Origin: Marsupella aquatica
Taxonomy: Eukaryota > Plantae > Marchantiophyta
Assembly: GCA_973895155.1 (NCBI GenBank)
Contig: OZ316897.1
Location: 7,864,470-7,928,469, forward strand
Direction: 5' to 3'
Length of the DNA: 64,000 bases
Made by a program: the position numbers and the translations under genes
Notes under the pieces: generated by a model
Databases searched by the model: none
Told to the model about the DNA's origin: nothing
The model's input: the letters and a program-made list of their open reading frames with translations, nothing else
Part shown: positions 12,801-24,500 of the stretch, piece after piece
How the letters are laid out: every line of letters starts with the position of its first letter
How positions within the stretch are numbered: the first letter of the stretch is position 1

Positions 12801-14062
12801 TATTGTGCAGATCTTGTTCATACCCTAGAGGCAATTTGGGTCCTGGTGACATTGCGTAGAGACACTGGATTCTTATTGTCATGACATTGGACATGTATGG
12901 TACAATGAGATACCAACGGATGCATCAATCAAGCAGACGGACATCCCCAGAATAATAAGTAGGTCCCGCTTTTTTCTGCGCTAGGTGACGATGTGACTAG
13001 AATAGTTGATACCGTAACTTGTAGATCAGGAAAGTTGTGCAAGTAGGGCAGACGCACCTATTTATTGTCGACAGAATGCTACAGAACAGAGAGTTCACTG
13101 ACAATAATTTAGACATGACGGTCGAAGTAACTTCAGCAGAGCGGATCAGGGAAGCAACAGAACTTCATGCCTTGCCATTCGTACCCTAACGTACCCTAAC
13201 CGAAGCAGGCAATCCATGTTAACTTTCCACAATTGAGATAGACACTTTTCCAGTTTGAATTTCATTACCTGTCTTCTTAAACTCTTCTGAAACAAGGATG
13301 ATATTAGTATTCAGCGCTCTGTAAGGTTGTCACTCTACCTTGGTGGGGTTGTTCATGTAACTTCTAAGGGGCACTTAAACGACAACGCCATTTGAATGTT
13401 TTCAGCTAGTATATTGAGCACAACATTTAGTGATAGTGGGAGTCAGGCCGCGAACATGCCACACCAAGTTTAGCAGCATCCGTGCTGAAGGTTAAACTTC
13501 CTGTCCATTCGTTTTGGGGTATTTGCAGTGAAGTTGACGACTGAAGGAGAAGCATCTCAAGTGACTGAGCCTCCAACTCCTGACATCCGAACTGACGGTG
13601 CTCACTCGCCAACTGAGTTTGCCACCCGAAGTCATCTTACAATGGAATGCATGCCTAGTCCTCATTTCTCCGACAGTGTGAGTGCAATTTCTCCAAAACA
13701 TCTATGGTTATGTTGACTCACGTTGAGCCGACCTTTCGAGGATAGAATCGTGAACTGAATTTCAGGCATTCACAAAACAGTCATTATGGAGTAGTTATGA
13801 AGCTGTGCGAATCAAGGGGACCCATCTGATTGATGTCTTTGTCGCTATGGTACAGGAGAAAGAATTTCTGCTAAGCACACTGGCACTGGATCAGACAACT
13901 ACAAATTGCTGGTCTAACTCTCCATTGAGGCCTCCCTCCTCCCGCTTCAGTAAAGTCCGGAATCCACTCATTGACATCCGTTATGATACACCCGCTCGCT
14001 CTCCTCTATCCTCGTGCCTTCTGCGCCAGTTCCAAGTCTCCGACACCCCAAACCTGGCCTAA
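6862..14062 (+). CDS. FLP/MYB88-like: R2R3-MYB transcription factor, FOUR LIPS/MYB88 clade (multi-exon)
   Basis: GT-AG exons 6862-6933, 8418-8464, 8951-9007, 9323-9395, 9535-9590 and 10117-10302 give [86 protein letters not shown]; NRF in R3 is FLP-type. Later exons are 10500-11797, 12057-12148 (EESWK), 12392-12459, 12564-12799, 13529-~13678 and 13857-14062, which include the FLP-like PSPHFSDSEKEFLLSTL motif. Exons between 12800 and 13528 are uncertain. Confidence 0.9.
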
Positions 14063-16539
14063 GATGCTTTGTCCGAGAACCATGTAAATATACTATTCCA
14101 TCGGAGTCACAGATAACTTTCCATACGCCAATAATGTTATTTCTTGGATATTCGATTCGTATGAAGAGCATCGACATCTTCAGTTCTACTATAGATGATA
14201 CTCAGTAAACTAGAAGATTTGCATGATCCCTTTGCACATCGGCATGCTTTCAGGTACTCGGTGGCACTGATCTTGCCGTGAACAGAGGCGTGTCTAGAAG
14301 CCGAAGGTAAGGGCAGTCCTACCTCAAATAAAGGTCCGACTTTGAATTTATCCGACAGAGCTGATTGTTCCACTGATTGTTCCACTCACTGGTCCAACTG
14401 GTCCACTGCAGAACACCAGCACAGATTCTTTCGGACTCATTCGTAACTCGAGGTAAGCAGAATCCACAGACCAGCACAGAAACACGCTATAAACTAGCAA
14501 TTGTAAGCTGACAATAAAGTGTCTTTATTTGAGTATGGATCACTGTGTTCATAACAAGAGTCTGGGCCCTACCCGAGAACTAACTACTGGCATGACTGCA
14601 ACTTCTAGCTGTCAAACTTAAAGGCAAGTAAAAGCATATAATCACGTGTGTGAACAACTCGCCATCTGCTACCCTGCAGTATTCCCAACGCTAAAACAGC
14701 GACATCAGATCCAGGAATCACTTGTGTCGAATTCACCTGAGCATTCGCAGCGCGACACGGACATTTGAATTCGTGATAGCATGAATGGGAAAGAAACCAA
14801 GAATGTAAAGAATTTTGTAAAAGTAGAACGCACATCAGTTTGATTACAGTTTCAAGGAGCTTCTGTACACTTCATTGATATAAGCGTGATTACAATCAAG
14901 GCAGGAATTCGAAGCCTCTGTTCTTTAGACAATTAAATCCATCAAGTCCTCACCTCGGGGTAACATGGTTCGGGGCTTCTGTACATAAATCTTGCATCTC
15001 TGGAACTGCAAACGCCCCACCTGTGGTCCTAAACCATGGAAGCCCTCCCTCACTCTAAACTACTATCGTCGACTATCGTACACATACCGCAACCATCGAC
15101 TCACACTCCGAGTTTTAAATGGTGCTTTCGAAAACTAGTCCAGATCATACCCGATGCAGGTGTTCTAGGAAAAGAATGTCTCGTTGGCAAAACTATGCAG
15201 TAATCCAGGTAACTCCCACCTGATGGTAGGAGCGCCGGGAAACCGATTTGGAATTTCAAGTCCTTCGCTTGGGGATGAACTGAATTGTCATTTCCAAGTT
15301 GAACTAATATTTACCACTGCCCTTGTTGTTGTTTCACAGCTGATTTCTGACCACATCTGACCGAACCGCACCCTGAGGCATGGCCTTACGCTTTTCCTTT
15401 TCCCGATTGTTTGAACCTCCAGTCTGCAAAATCGGAAATCGGAACCAGATCACAACACATACCAGACAAGCATCCAGTCACCTCTCAGTGGCTTACTCCA
15501 GCAAGTAGCAAACATAGGACTCCTTCCCTTGTCAGCTGTACTCCAGGGCTCTACTAGAAGGATGGTCATATTGGTCTCCCTGATTGTGAACTTCTTAGGG
15601 CTTGTGAATCTCTGCCCTCAAATATCATATCTGACACAAAATAATGAAGGGTTTTCATGTGGGTCTCCCTGATTGTACACTTTCTAGGGTATGTGAATCT
15701 CTGCCCTCAATCTCCAATCCGGCTTCAAGACAAGAAAAGAACGCAGATATGCCATACTCCGTTAATTTTTGAGTCAATTTGTGCGTTTCGCTTCTCCAGC
15801 ATATACAGAAAGGAAGTCCCTTCCGACGGAGATGAGATTTCGACAGAAATACATTCACACGATCTAAACTTTCGCAAAACAGAACCTCGAGCCACATGAC
15901 ACCAATGGAAATAACTTGATGAGACGGCTCGTCAAAACACAATACCTGAAACCAAGAGAAAAGGTTACTTAAGTCCACTGTTCCACAGCAAAGAAAATAG
16001 TTGTGGAAAGACAGTCATACATTTCTCTGCTTGGTAGCAGTCCGAGATCCACAAGCTAAACGATCCTCACAACCAGCCTTGGCCATGGCTACCTCTCCTA
16101 TTTCTCCCGATGCTTTCGTACATTATGCCAAAATGTATGCAAAGCAAAGAGATGTGAGAAGAGTTGGAGAATATTCCGAGATAAGCTGGATTGGATTTTA
16201 TTTTGATTTTCTTCTGTTGGCCAAACTGAGACAGCTTGAACCTCACCTCCAACACGGATGGGTCAATTCGTCGCCCACTCAGACTTCAGGATCCGAAGGC
16301 TTAATCGCAACCTCCCTTCTCGTCTTCCCATTACAAAAGCTGGGCGCGGAGAGCGTCTCTCTACGGCAGAGAATTCTCAGAACTTGCCAAGAAAACATCT
16401 AGACGAAGTAAGTTGCGATAGTTGACGAAGACGTTCGATGATCAACACAAAGTTCTCCGTTCCGCGGAGCCTGCGGTTATCAATGTCTCTTGATGTCTCT
16501 GCGACACACAAAGACAGACGAGACGGACGTGTCTCCATG

Positions 16540-16707
16540 TTACTGATGTCCTTCGCTGCGGAGCTTCTCGTTCACTTCTCGTAGCTCTTTGATCTTAGCC
16601 GCCAGTTCCTCCCTGGCCGCCTCCTTCCCGAACATGTAGCCGTACCACCCTGTGAGCGCGGAGAAGCCAGCGACCATTGATGCCATTTGCAAGCGAGTGA
16701 GTGTCAT
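16540..16707 (-). CDS. 55-aa single-transmembrane plus coiled-coil microprotein (below the ORF-track cutoff)
   Basis: ATG 16707 to TAA 16540: MTLTRLQMASMVAGFSALTGWYGYMFGKEAAREELAAKIKELREVNEKLRSEGHQ. Codon usage is GC3-rich and coding-like. A hydrophobic segment is followed by a heptad-like helix. From memory it resembles a plant uncharacterised family with a WYG.MFG.E.AR.EL motif (unverified). Confidence 0.7.
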   Translation of the reverse strand: MTLTRLQMASMVAGFSALTGWYGYMFGKEAAREELAAKIKELREVNEKLRSEGHQ

Positions 16708-19109
16708 CGGGCAGGCAGAACTAGGACGCCGCGAGCACTACTGGTCGACAGATGAATAGCCGGAAGGAGTCACTCAAACTCGATGTGCCTGCCGGAAGGA
16801 GTTGCTTACAACTCAATCTCCACCGCAATCTCGAACTGAACGACGAGAGGGATTGATGTATCAAACTCAGTGTGTCTGCCGCAAGGACTTGCTAATAACT
16901 CAATCTCCATCTCAGTCTGATGATGGGAGAGGGATGATTCATGAAACTCTGTGTCTTTAGGGACTCTGATCCCTCGTTGGAGATCAAGAAAGCGCTTCAG
17001 TGCGCAGGGGACCAGAAAGCACACTAATTGGCTCAAATGTCACTAAAAACGTGAGAGTATAGAGTCAGATGTTGATAAGTGCACACGCTGTAAGTGAAAA
17101 CCCTGGCTAATTGCAAGTTGTCCACTTCTTCATTTTTTACCCAACAGTTTTGCACTTTCTGTGAGTGCAACCAGGGCCGTACTAAATGACGCAAATATAA
17201 GTTCAAACCCTTGGTAGAAAGGTTTATGGACACTTATGGGTACATACATGATGGAGTAATAGTTGCTCTTGTGAGGTAAGGGATCACTTTTAGAGTAGAA
17301 ATGGACAATTTAGGAAGTCACCAGAATGACACCGGGCCCATTGCACTGGAGTAAAAGTTGCACTTGTGAGGTAAGGGATCACTTTTAAGGTAGAGATGTA
17401 CAATTTAAGAAGGAAGTCTTATCAGTACAACCAGGGCCCCTTGCTCATCAAGGAACTCAGTCTGTCAATGTGTGAACTCTTACAAATAATTCAAAGATTG
17501 TGATGTAGTGCAAAGCCTAGTTAAGTACACACTGGATCCCCATTGGGGTAGTGAGCACTTGACTGCAGTGCCCTATTTCCGTGGCAAATCTCCCTTCCAA
17601 AACTACCGTTTATTTGCTGCTACGGCAACTTGCTTCCCACATTGAGTCTACTGGACTACCGTGCATAATTGCAACGCCTTGGGAATAAGACCCACACTTA
17701 CACACAGTTTGCAATCTGCCATAAGTGCAAACAAATCAAATTTGCACTTACAGATAAAACTAAGCTACAGGCGCACGAGCAAGAGAAATGCTATAAGTGC
17801 AAGCACAAAATACTCCGCACTTCTAGATAATCTCTATCTGAAGTTTCCTTGTATATCTACATATTTTGGGGATTAGTGGGGTAGAAAGTGCTACAGTAGT
17901 AGAGTAACATATTTCACGTATTAGTGCAATATTCTATACTCTATGTCAACATGTCCTGCACTTCCCAGTATGGATTTGCAGGAAATTGCAAATATACACT
18001 CATCCATGGTTCGCACTTATATATTTGCACTTCTTGAAATTAAAACCCTGCGATCAAATATAGCTCTCCCTTAAATTTGAGACAGAATGATATGAAATGC
18101 TAGTGTTGGGCAAAGGCAAAGCCAGGTGAAAAAATATCCAAGGTCCGCTTCACTGGAAAAATTTTCCAGATAGCACTGGAAAAATTCATGATCTCCTAAA
18201 CATACATGCCAGCTACTATAGCAAGCTAAGAAACTGGGGCAGCTCAAAACCTGCCAATTCATAGTAGGTACTAATGTGGACTGGTCCTCTAACTTTCCGA
18301 TGTACAAATTAAGTCACATCCTTAGGCCAGACTATTTTCTTTTTTCCGAATATAGATGTTACTGCTGACTACGATAGTTGACTTGGAAAACAATTGGTGC
18401 TCGTCGAGCACCCAAAAAGTAGAAATAGTCCAGATTCCGCAGCATGTAGTGCTAGATCTAGAAACAAAGACCAGGTCCTGGCTCCCCTGGAAAATATGGT
18501 ATCAGAAAACAATCTTCGTAACTAATCAAATTTCCAAAAGTAAGTCGCAGAGCTCACTTCCAAACTGATTGTTCCAACCAGAAGGATTTCAATTCCTTCA
18601 GCTGATTATTTAGATGATATCTATCTCTCAAATAGCATCCATAACAGGGGCACGCTATCCTGGACGTCCTACCCTGCTTCTTAAAACCTTGAGGAAGTCA
18701 ATGTGACTAGGAATTACTCTCCTAACACTTGGAGGCAATACGAAGGAAAAGATTCACTTGGGACACCCTAGTTAAAACCAACCAATAAATGACATGAACA
18801 CAATCCTGTCCATTGGTGCACCAAGAACAAGACATTGTTAGATATCGGCTGTCACTAACACTGTACAGTTTACTCCACCTATATGATCTCCCATCGCTTT
18901 TCCACTCGCCACAGATAAGTACCAAACCGTAAGGCACATTGAGCTCGCCGGCTAATCTGCCATCAGTGGGCAGAAACTTCCGCCCGCTGTTCTCCGTCTT
19001 CATGTGACATTAAGAACCAAAGTACTAGATACAGCTGTATTCTCAGTTGGACGCTCTTCCTTCGTGGCAGCAGCCTAATTGTAATTCTCAACCCTTCAAA
19101 TAGCTTACT

Positions 19110-19218
19110 CATTGTTGATCCCATATGTATACGAAACCCACGAGTGATTCTAAAAGCATTAACATAAAGCTCCTTTAAGAATCACTCCTGCGTTCATATT
19201 AATGTGAGATCAACAATG
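19110..19218 (-). other. ~109-nt imperfect hairpin in the probable DPH1 3' UTR
   Basis: The arms CATTGTTGATC..GAGTGATTCT and AGAATCACTC..GATCAACAATG form a stem of ~46 bp. Confidence 0.7.
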
Positions 19219-19332
19219 CAAAAAGAGAATTTAAAATTCAGCTCTGTAGTATTTCTCCATGGAGCAAAAAAATAGGGCTTGAGATCATCGACAACGAGAA
19301 GGAGCAGTCAACGCTCAACACCTGCATTTCCA

Positions 19333-20940
19333 TTATGGGCCAACAGTTACGGCTGGAGATCGTCTACTGCCTCCCATCCTAACAGGTGGAGCTTTTGCAT
19401 ACGAGGAGTTCCAAGGTCCACCATCCCGTGCATAGTAGTCCATAGGATATGATCCTAGCATGTCATCCTCATCCGGCAAGGGAGCTTTCACTACGATTCC
19501 GGCTCCCTCAGTTAAGCTTGCTTTCTGGACCTTCAGTGTCAAGCTGTACTCCTCCTTCTCCATCGCGGGAGAACCATGCACAGGAACAACTGCTGTCTGT
19601 GACCACATTCTCAAAGATGACTCCTGTGAGCCCTTGCAGATGAGGTCCTTCTCCTTTTTCATCCCTGAAGCAGCCCGCACTTGATCTCCTACTCCCGCAG
19701 ATAAACCCTCAGAAACCTTACAGATCCCTTGACCCTTCGGACGATCTTCAGTGATGGCAGCAGAACAACAACTCCTCGCTTCCAGGCGACTCCACCAAGG
19801 TTGGACAAACCCTAGAGCAACTTCAGCTTCATAGGGGGTCAAAAGAGGCTGCTTGAAGGACTCTCCCCAATCAATAGACAGCCGTGGGCAAGCAATTTGA
19901 ATCCAAGCATCAATTGTATCAGCGAAGAGTGATAATTTTGCTGGAGACAGTTCCGAGATAAGAAACACTGTGTAACACAAAGATCTTGCAGTCAGCCTCT
20001 GCTCAAGATGAGCCAGAATTCGAGGATTTCCTTGCCTCCCTAGGGTCCCCAGCACGACTCCCCACGTTCGAGCGCCTTGGGCTAGCTTCACTGCTTTCCT
20101 ACGAGCTGCCCGCATGCCCTCATGGTCATACTCCTCATAAGACAACACCTTGGAGTAGGGATCATAACGAAAAGCCTTCACTTGAGGATTAGCAATCATG
20201 AACGCCTCTAGATGAAATCGCCCATCGGCCACAAAGACGAGTGTATCCACGGCTCCGGCTGGTAGGGCGGGAGAGGTGCATCCCAAAACCTCTCCAGGAG
20301 AGAGAGGCTTTGCTTGGGGGACCAAAAGTGCGGCATAATCTACTGTTTTAGCCAACAGAGTTTTGGCAGCCTGTATGGCCGTTGAGAACTGGATGGTTCC
20401 AGCAATTGCAAGCTTGGTGCTCCCCGGCTCGAAGTTCAGCTTAATGGTCTCCACCAAACTCTCCACATCAATCTGAATGTCCACAAATACATAAAGGCAG
20501 GGGATTGAGGTCGTGTCTACCGGGACGAGACAGCTGTGGCCATAGTGGACCAGAAAATCGGCCCCCAAGGCCGTAGCCGAGAAGTCGTCCACACAACATG
20601 CCCCATACGTGACGTCTCCGAGAACAAAGCACTCCTCCACTTCAGTAAAAGCCTCGACGATGTCACAAATAGCGAGCGAGTACATCAGCAGGCCTTCGGG
20701 GAATTGGAGAGCGACCTTCTTGGACCTCGCCTGCTTTAGACGCCATATGGTCTTAGGAATCTCCAGATTATAGTTGGACGGGAGGACCGCCATGGCGGAT
20801 TTCAGTGCCGGGTCCTTGAGGATCGAATCGGGGACTTGTTGACGTATGAATCGTCGAGGTGCGGTCGATTGCTTCCTCTCATTGCTCTGCCCGACCAACG
20901 CCCCGTCGGATCCCGTGCTCTTCTCCTTTCGGTCCTCCAT
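19333..20940 (-). CDS. DPH1: Diphthamide biosynthesis protein 1 (ACP-histidine synthase subunit 1), intronless, 535 aa
   Basis: Motifs [77 protein letters not shown] and YPMDYY. The first ATG is at 20940 (the ORF track starts at an upstream TTG). Confidence 0.97.
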   Translation of the reverse strand: MEDRKEKSTGSDGALVGQSNERKQSTAPRRFIRQQVPDSILKDPALKSAMAVLPSNYNLEIPKTIWRLKQARSKKVALQFPEGLLMYSLAICDIVEAFTEVEECFVLGDVTYGACCVDDFSATALGADFLVHYGHSCLVPVDTTSIPCLYVFVDIQIDVESLVETIKLNFEPGSTKLAIAGTIQFSTAIQAAKTLLAKTVDYAALLVPQAKPLSPGEVLGCTSPALPAGAVDTLVFVADGRFHLEAFMIANPQVKAFRYDPYSKVLSYEEYDHEGMRAARRKAVKLAQGARTWGVVLGTLGRQGNPRILAHLEQRLTARSLCYTVFLISELSPAKLSLFADTIDAWIQIACPRLSIDWGESFKQPLLTPYEAEVALGFVQPWWSRLEARSCCSAAITEDRPKGQGICKVSEGLSAGVGDQVRAASGMKKEKDLICKGSQESSLRMWSQTAVVPVHGSPAMEKEEYSLTLKVQKASLTEGAGIVVKAPLPDEDDMLGSYPMDYYARDGGPWNSSYAKAPPVRMGGSRRSPAVTVGP

Positions 20941-21099
20941 CCCTCGCCCCAAGTCGAATTCGTCAAGCTCTCATTTATTTGCGAATTCGTAGCTGCGTTT
21001 GTACACAATTCTCTTCTTCTCTCGCCTCTCTCTCGCTCTCTCTCTCTCTTCGTTGGTTAAACCCTCAACCAAATCAACGACACAATGAGTTTTAGGGTC

Positions 21100-21107
21100 T
21101 AGGGTTT
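21100..21107 (-). promoter_or_regulatory. Telo-box (AAACCCTA) upstream of DPH1
   Basis: TAGGGTTT on + lies ~160 bp upstream of the DPH1 ATG. Telo-boxes are typical of plant translation-related gene promoters. Confidence 0.4.
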
Positions 21108-21229
21108 CCAAAAGTCGAGAGGAAGGATGTGCACAACAGTTTTTGATGAACAGTGTGAGCTGAGATTTACTAGACTACCAATTTTCTTGCAAATAAGTAG
21201 AATGATTAGAGCAAAGTAGCACTGGTTTA

Positions 21230-21541
21230 GGGCTAGGTTCCATGGGCCAGGGGCAGGGAGTAAGATCACTCCCTCTGACACCCCCCAGGGCCCAAATACA
21301 CTGTATTTTAAATGTATGAGTTTTGACTTTAGAGCCAATGAGAATGCACCATACTGTCACTATACAGGGACAGGGGGGGGTGCCCCTGGAGTTTAAGAGG
21401 GAGTGTGAGGGAAACTCGTAGTTATTCCGGCCCTACTAGTGTAGTTATACACTCCTCACTCCCTGGAAAAGCTATGATCTTTGCTCAAAAATGCTTACAC
21501 AGATGTGCACTCCTCACTCCCAGCCCCATGGAACCTAGCCC
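21230..21541. mobile_element. Tourist-like (PIF/Harbinger) MITE, 312 bp
   Basis: Perfect 17-bp TIR GGGCTAGGTTCCATGGG / CCCATGGAACCTAGCCC, flanked by TTA and TGA (3-bp TSD with one mismatch). Confidence 0.85.
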
Positions 21542-24500
21542 TGAGCGACTTGAGGCCTGGAAAGGGAATGTTTAGGGTCCCGCATTGCTGCCTGTAACAT
21601 TTTCAGGCCCATCCCAAAAGCTGCCTTTGCACCAGTACTGTGAACCTGACCCACCAACTTGCCCTAACTTGAAGTTCAAACCTACTAGGTCGTGTTGGAA
21701 CCACACATTTCCTGCCAGACCTTGCGCAAGCCCATCTTCCTTCGAGGAGCCGAGCAAGGCAAAGCACATTGAGCTCTCTTTTTCATGAAAACTTGAAAAT
21801 CTTAGATTTGTTTGGCACACATCTTTGATTCTTCTGTCATGGAGTCATGGATTCAACTGAAACATGGAGGTCTCTATCATCAACAACCTGCAGGAGGGCA
21901 TGTTTCAATCACATGTGTATTGATGTGCAATGTGTGGCATCCTGTGGCCCGTTGATTCAGTTTGGCAGGCCAGGGAAATCAAATTTGGCGCCTGCCAAAT
22001 TGCCCAAAAGTGGAGGTCAGGAAACTGCTTTTGGTGGTGCCCATAAATCTGTTTTGGGATCTGCTTCAGATTCACATTGTTTTGACTTGCGTAAGCAGTG
22101 AATTCTACTTCCCTCCAAAATTGCTTCCCTCCAAATTTGTATACACTATTAGAACTAGTGAGAAACAAACTGGACTCCCACCTGTGAAACATGTGCTTTG
22201 CCGCCTTCAAAATTGTGTACACTACAGTGAAAGAACAAAGTGGACTCCCACCTGTGAAAGGCACAACCGCTCCACAGCCTCCTAAGTTGTGTATGCTACA
22301 ATGAAAAAACATAGTGAACGCCCAGCTTTGAAACACGCAAACAGACCACCGTCACAAGTGCCGGTTGCACCATTAGGGGGACTCAATATTGGCGTCGTGT
22401 TGGATTCCACGGTATTTGGTCACCGACCATTTTGAGGACAATGGTGGCAAGTCACAGACGGCAGGCACCACAGTGCATTAAAAATAAAACCTCCCGTGTG
22501 AGTCCGCTAACGAACCAAAACAAGAAATGGGGCCTTTCAAAATTAGGCTCCAAGGAGTCCTGCGCGGGGTCCCGCAGGGCTACATTCTCTACCCTCCAAG
22601 AAGACTTGGCTAAGCCCGCGTAATCAAAATTTGAAATTCAAAGGATTCACAATGAGGATTCCTCTCCGCACCCTAAACTCCACTTACAAAGCTCGCAGGA
22701 GTTCAAGCCAAGCGACTGCAATGGAGCTCATCACCATTCACAACTTCATTTCCCGAGCAGATGTTGAGCGCAGTAGCACGGGTTTTTGTTAGAGGACACC
22801 GATGATTCTTCCTCTCCCATTGACATGCCTTCCAAAACTCATAGGTTGAATGCAAGAGCTCCAATGGGTGCTTTTGTTCCTCCACGCCCAACTGTCGTAG
22901 GTGCTGCTACACAAGGTATGGGGATGTCATAGGGTCAACAATCAATTCCGCTTTCCATGTGTAACACGCAAAATATAGGAGCAGGGCAGACTGGACAAGC
23001 TCCGGTCAATCATCTCCAGCCAGGACGTCGCCCTAGTTCAAGAATATTTGTTGATCGAGGCACAAAGCTCAAGCATGAAGATTACGCCAAAATTCTGGAT
23101 TACATTGAGGCCAGGGACACTACTACATATTTGCCGTTTTTGCGAAGGTCAATTACAAGGGGATAAACGCACCGCGAAGCGCCGTTCATCGCTCATCTTG
23201 CGATGCAAACCGCATCTCAAACTGCGACACTGACACTCTCGCAACCATTATTTGTGAAACCAACATCTTCGCAAATATTTGCGAAACCAAATATCTCGCA
23301 AAATGTTTCTGAACCTTTGAGCATTCTACTTAGTAGCGATGTTTACCGTTTTGCAAACAACTCGCGACGCCGATTGCATCGATAACGTTGCGATATTTCT
23401 GTTATCGAAAAGCGGCGTGCGATGCAAAATTAATTGCAATACAGCAAAACTAAGAGAATCGCTAGTTTGCGAGATGGTGTGGCTCGCAAAATCATGGCAC
23501 CTCAGTGGTTCTCTTTAGAGAAGGCTTGAGTTTCGGAAAGTTGAGATGCGCGTTGCTTCGGAATGTAGCGATGGTTTTGGGATGGGATCTAGCGATGAGG
23601 TAGGGACCGTTAATGTAGCCATTAGGTTGAGATGGGTGGGGGTTCGCAAAATGGTTCGGAAATTTGGTTTTGGGGTTTGTCAGATTTAGAAAGGGCATGG
23701 GACAAGGAATGGAGGAAGGAGGGTCAAGGAGAGAGGAGGAAGGAGGGTCAAGGAGAGACACTTTAGGAAGAAAAGGAGGAGGAAGGGTTGACTTAATGGG
23801 GGAAAGGAACAAAGGGAGGAGGGTGGTTTAGGGTGCACAAGGAAATGAGGGAGGAGGGAGCGTACCTACCTACAGTTTAGGGAGGGAAAAGGAAAGGAGG
23901 GAGGAGGGAGGGTGGAAGGTATAGGTTTAGGAGAGGGACAAGCCAAGGAGGGAGGAGCATAGGTTGAGGACAGTGAAAGGTGGAAAAAATTGAGGGCATG
24001 TATAGGTTTTAAAAAGGAAGGGGTTGAGACAAGGGGAGGAGGGAGGTGGGTACAAGTACTAGAGAGAAAGGCTGCTAGGGGGTGGGAGAAGGAAAGCTAC
24101 GAGGAGGAATGACTACAAGCGACATGAGTTTTCTTTTCATAAAGTGTACCAAAAGGTGTGGGAGTGTACATAGGACTGTGGGGATGGAAGATGTAAAAAA
24201 GCCACATTTAAAATTGATATACTTACAAGATTGATTTGGGCAAACATAAATTTATTAATAATTTAGAAACACGTATTTCTCCAACCAAGAAGAGAGATCC
24301 TCATATGTTCAAATCTAACTATATATCCACATAACATATACCCCTCAAACTTGGTCCTCATCCTCTTCAGGTTGGGATACAACCAGAATATCTGGCTTTT
24401 CCCCAACAACTAAACGAGATCGTGGCACATATGTGATGACAAGTGACCATTCCTCTGGGTTTGGGGGGTATGGAATATAGAAACATTGTTCCACATGACT

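Noticed and set aside
17172-18050. Possible hAT-like non-autonomous element (CAGGG..CCCTG ends, repeated AAGTGCAA motif, ~95-bp internal duplication)
   Set aside because: The TIR match is poor and there is no 8-bp TSD.
21572-22370. Left part of an older element matching the orphan TIR at 39254-39275
   Set aside because: No matching left TIR and no recognisable coding remnant were found.
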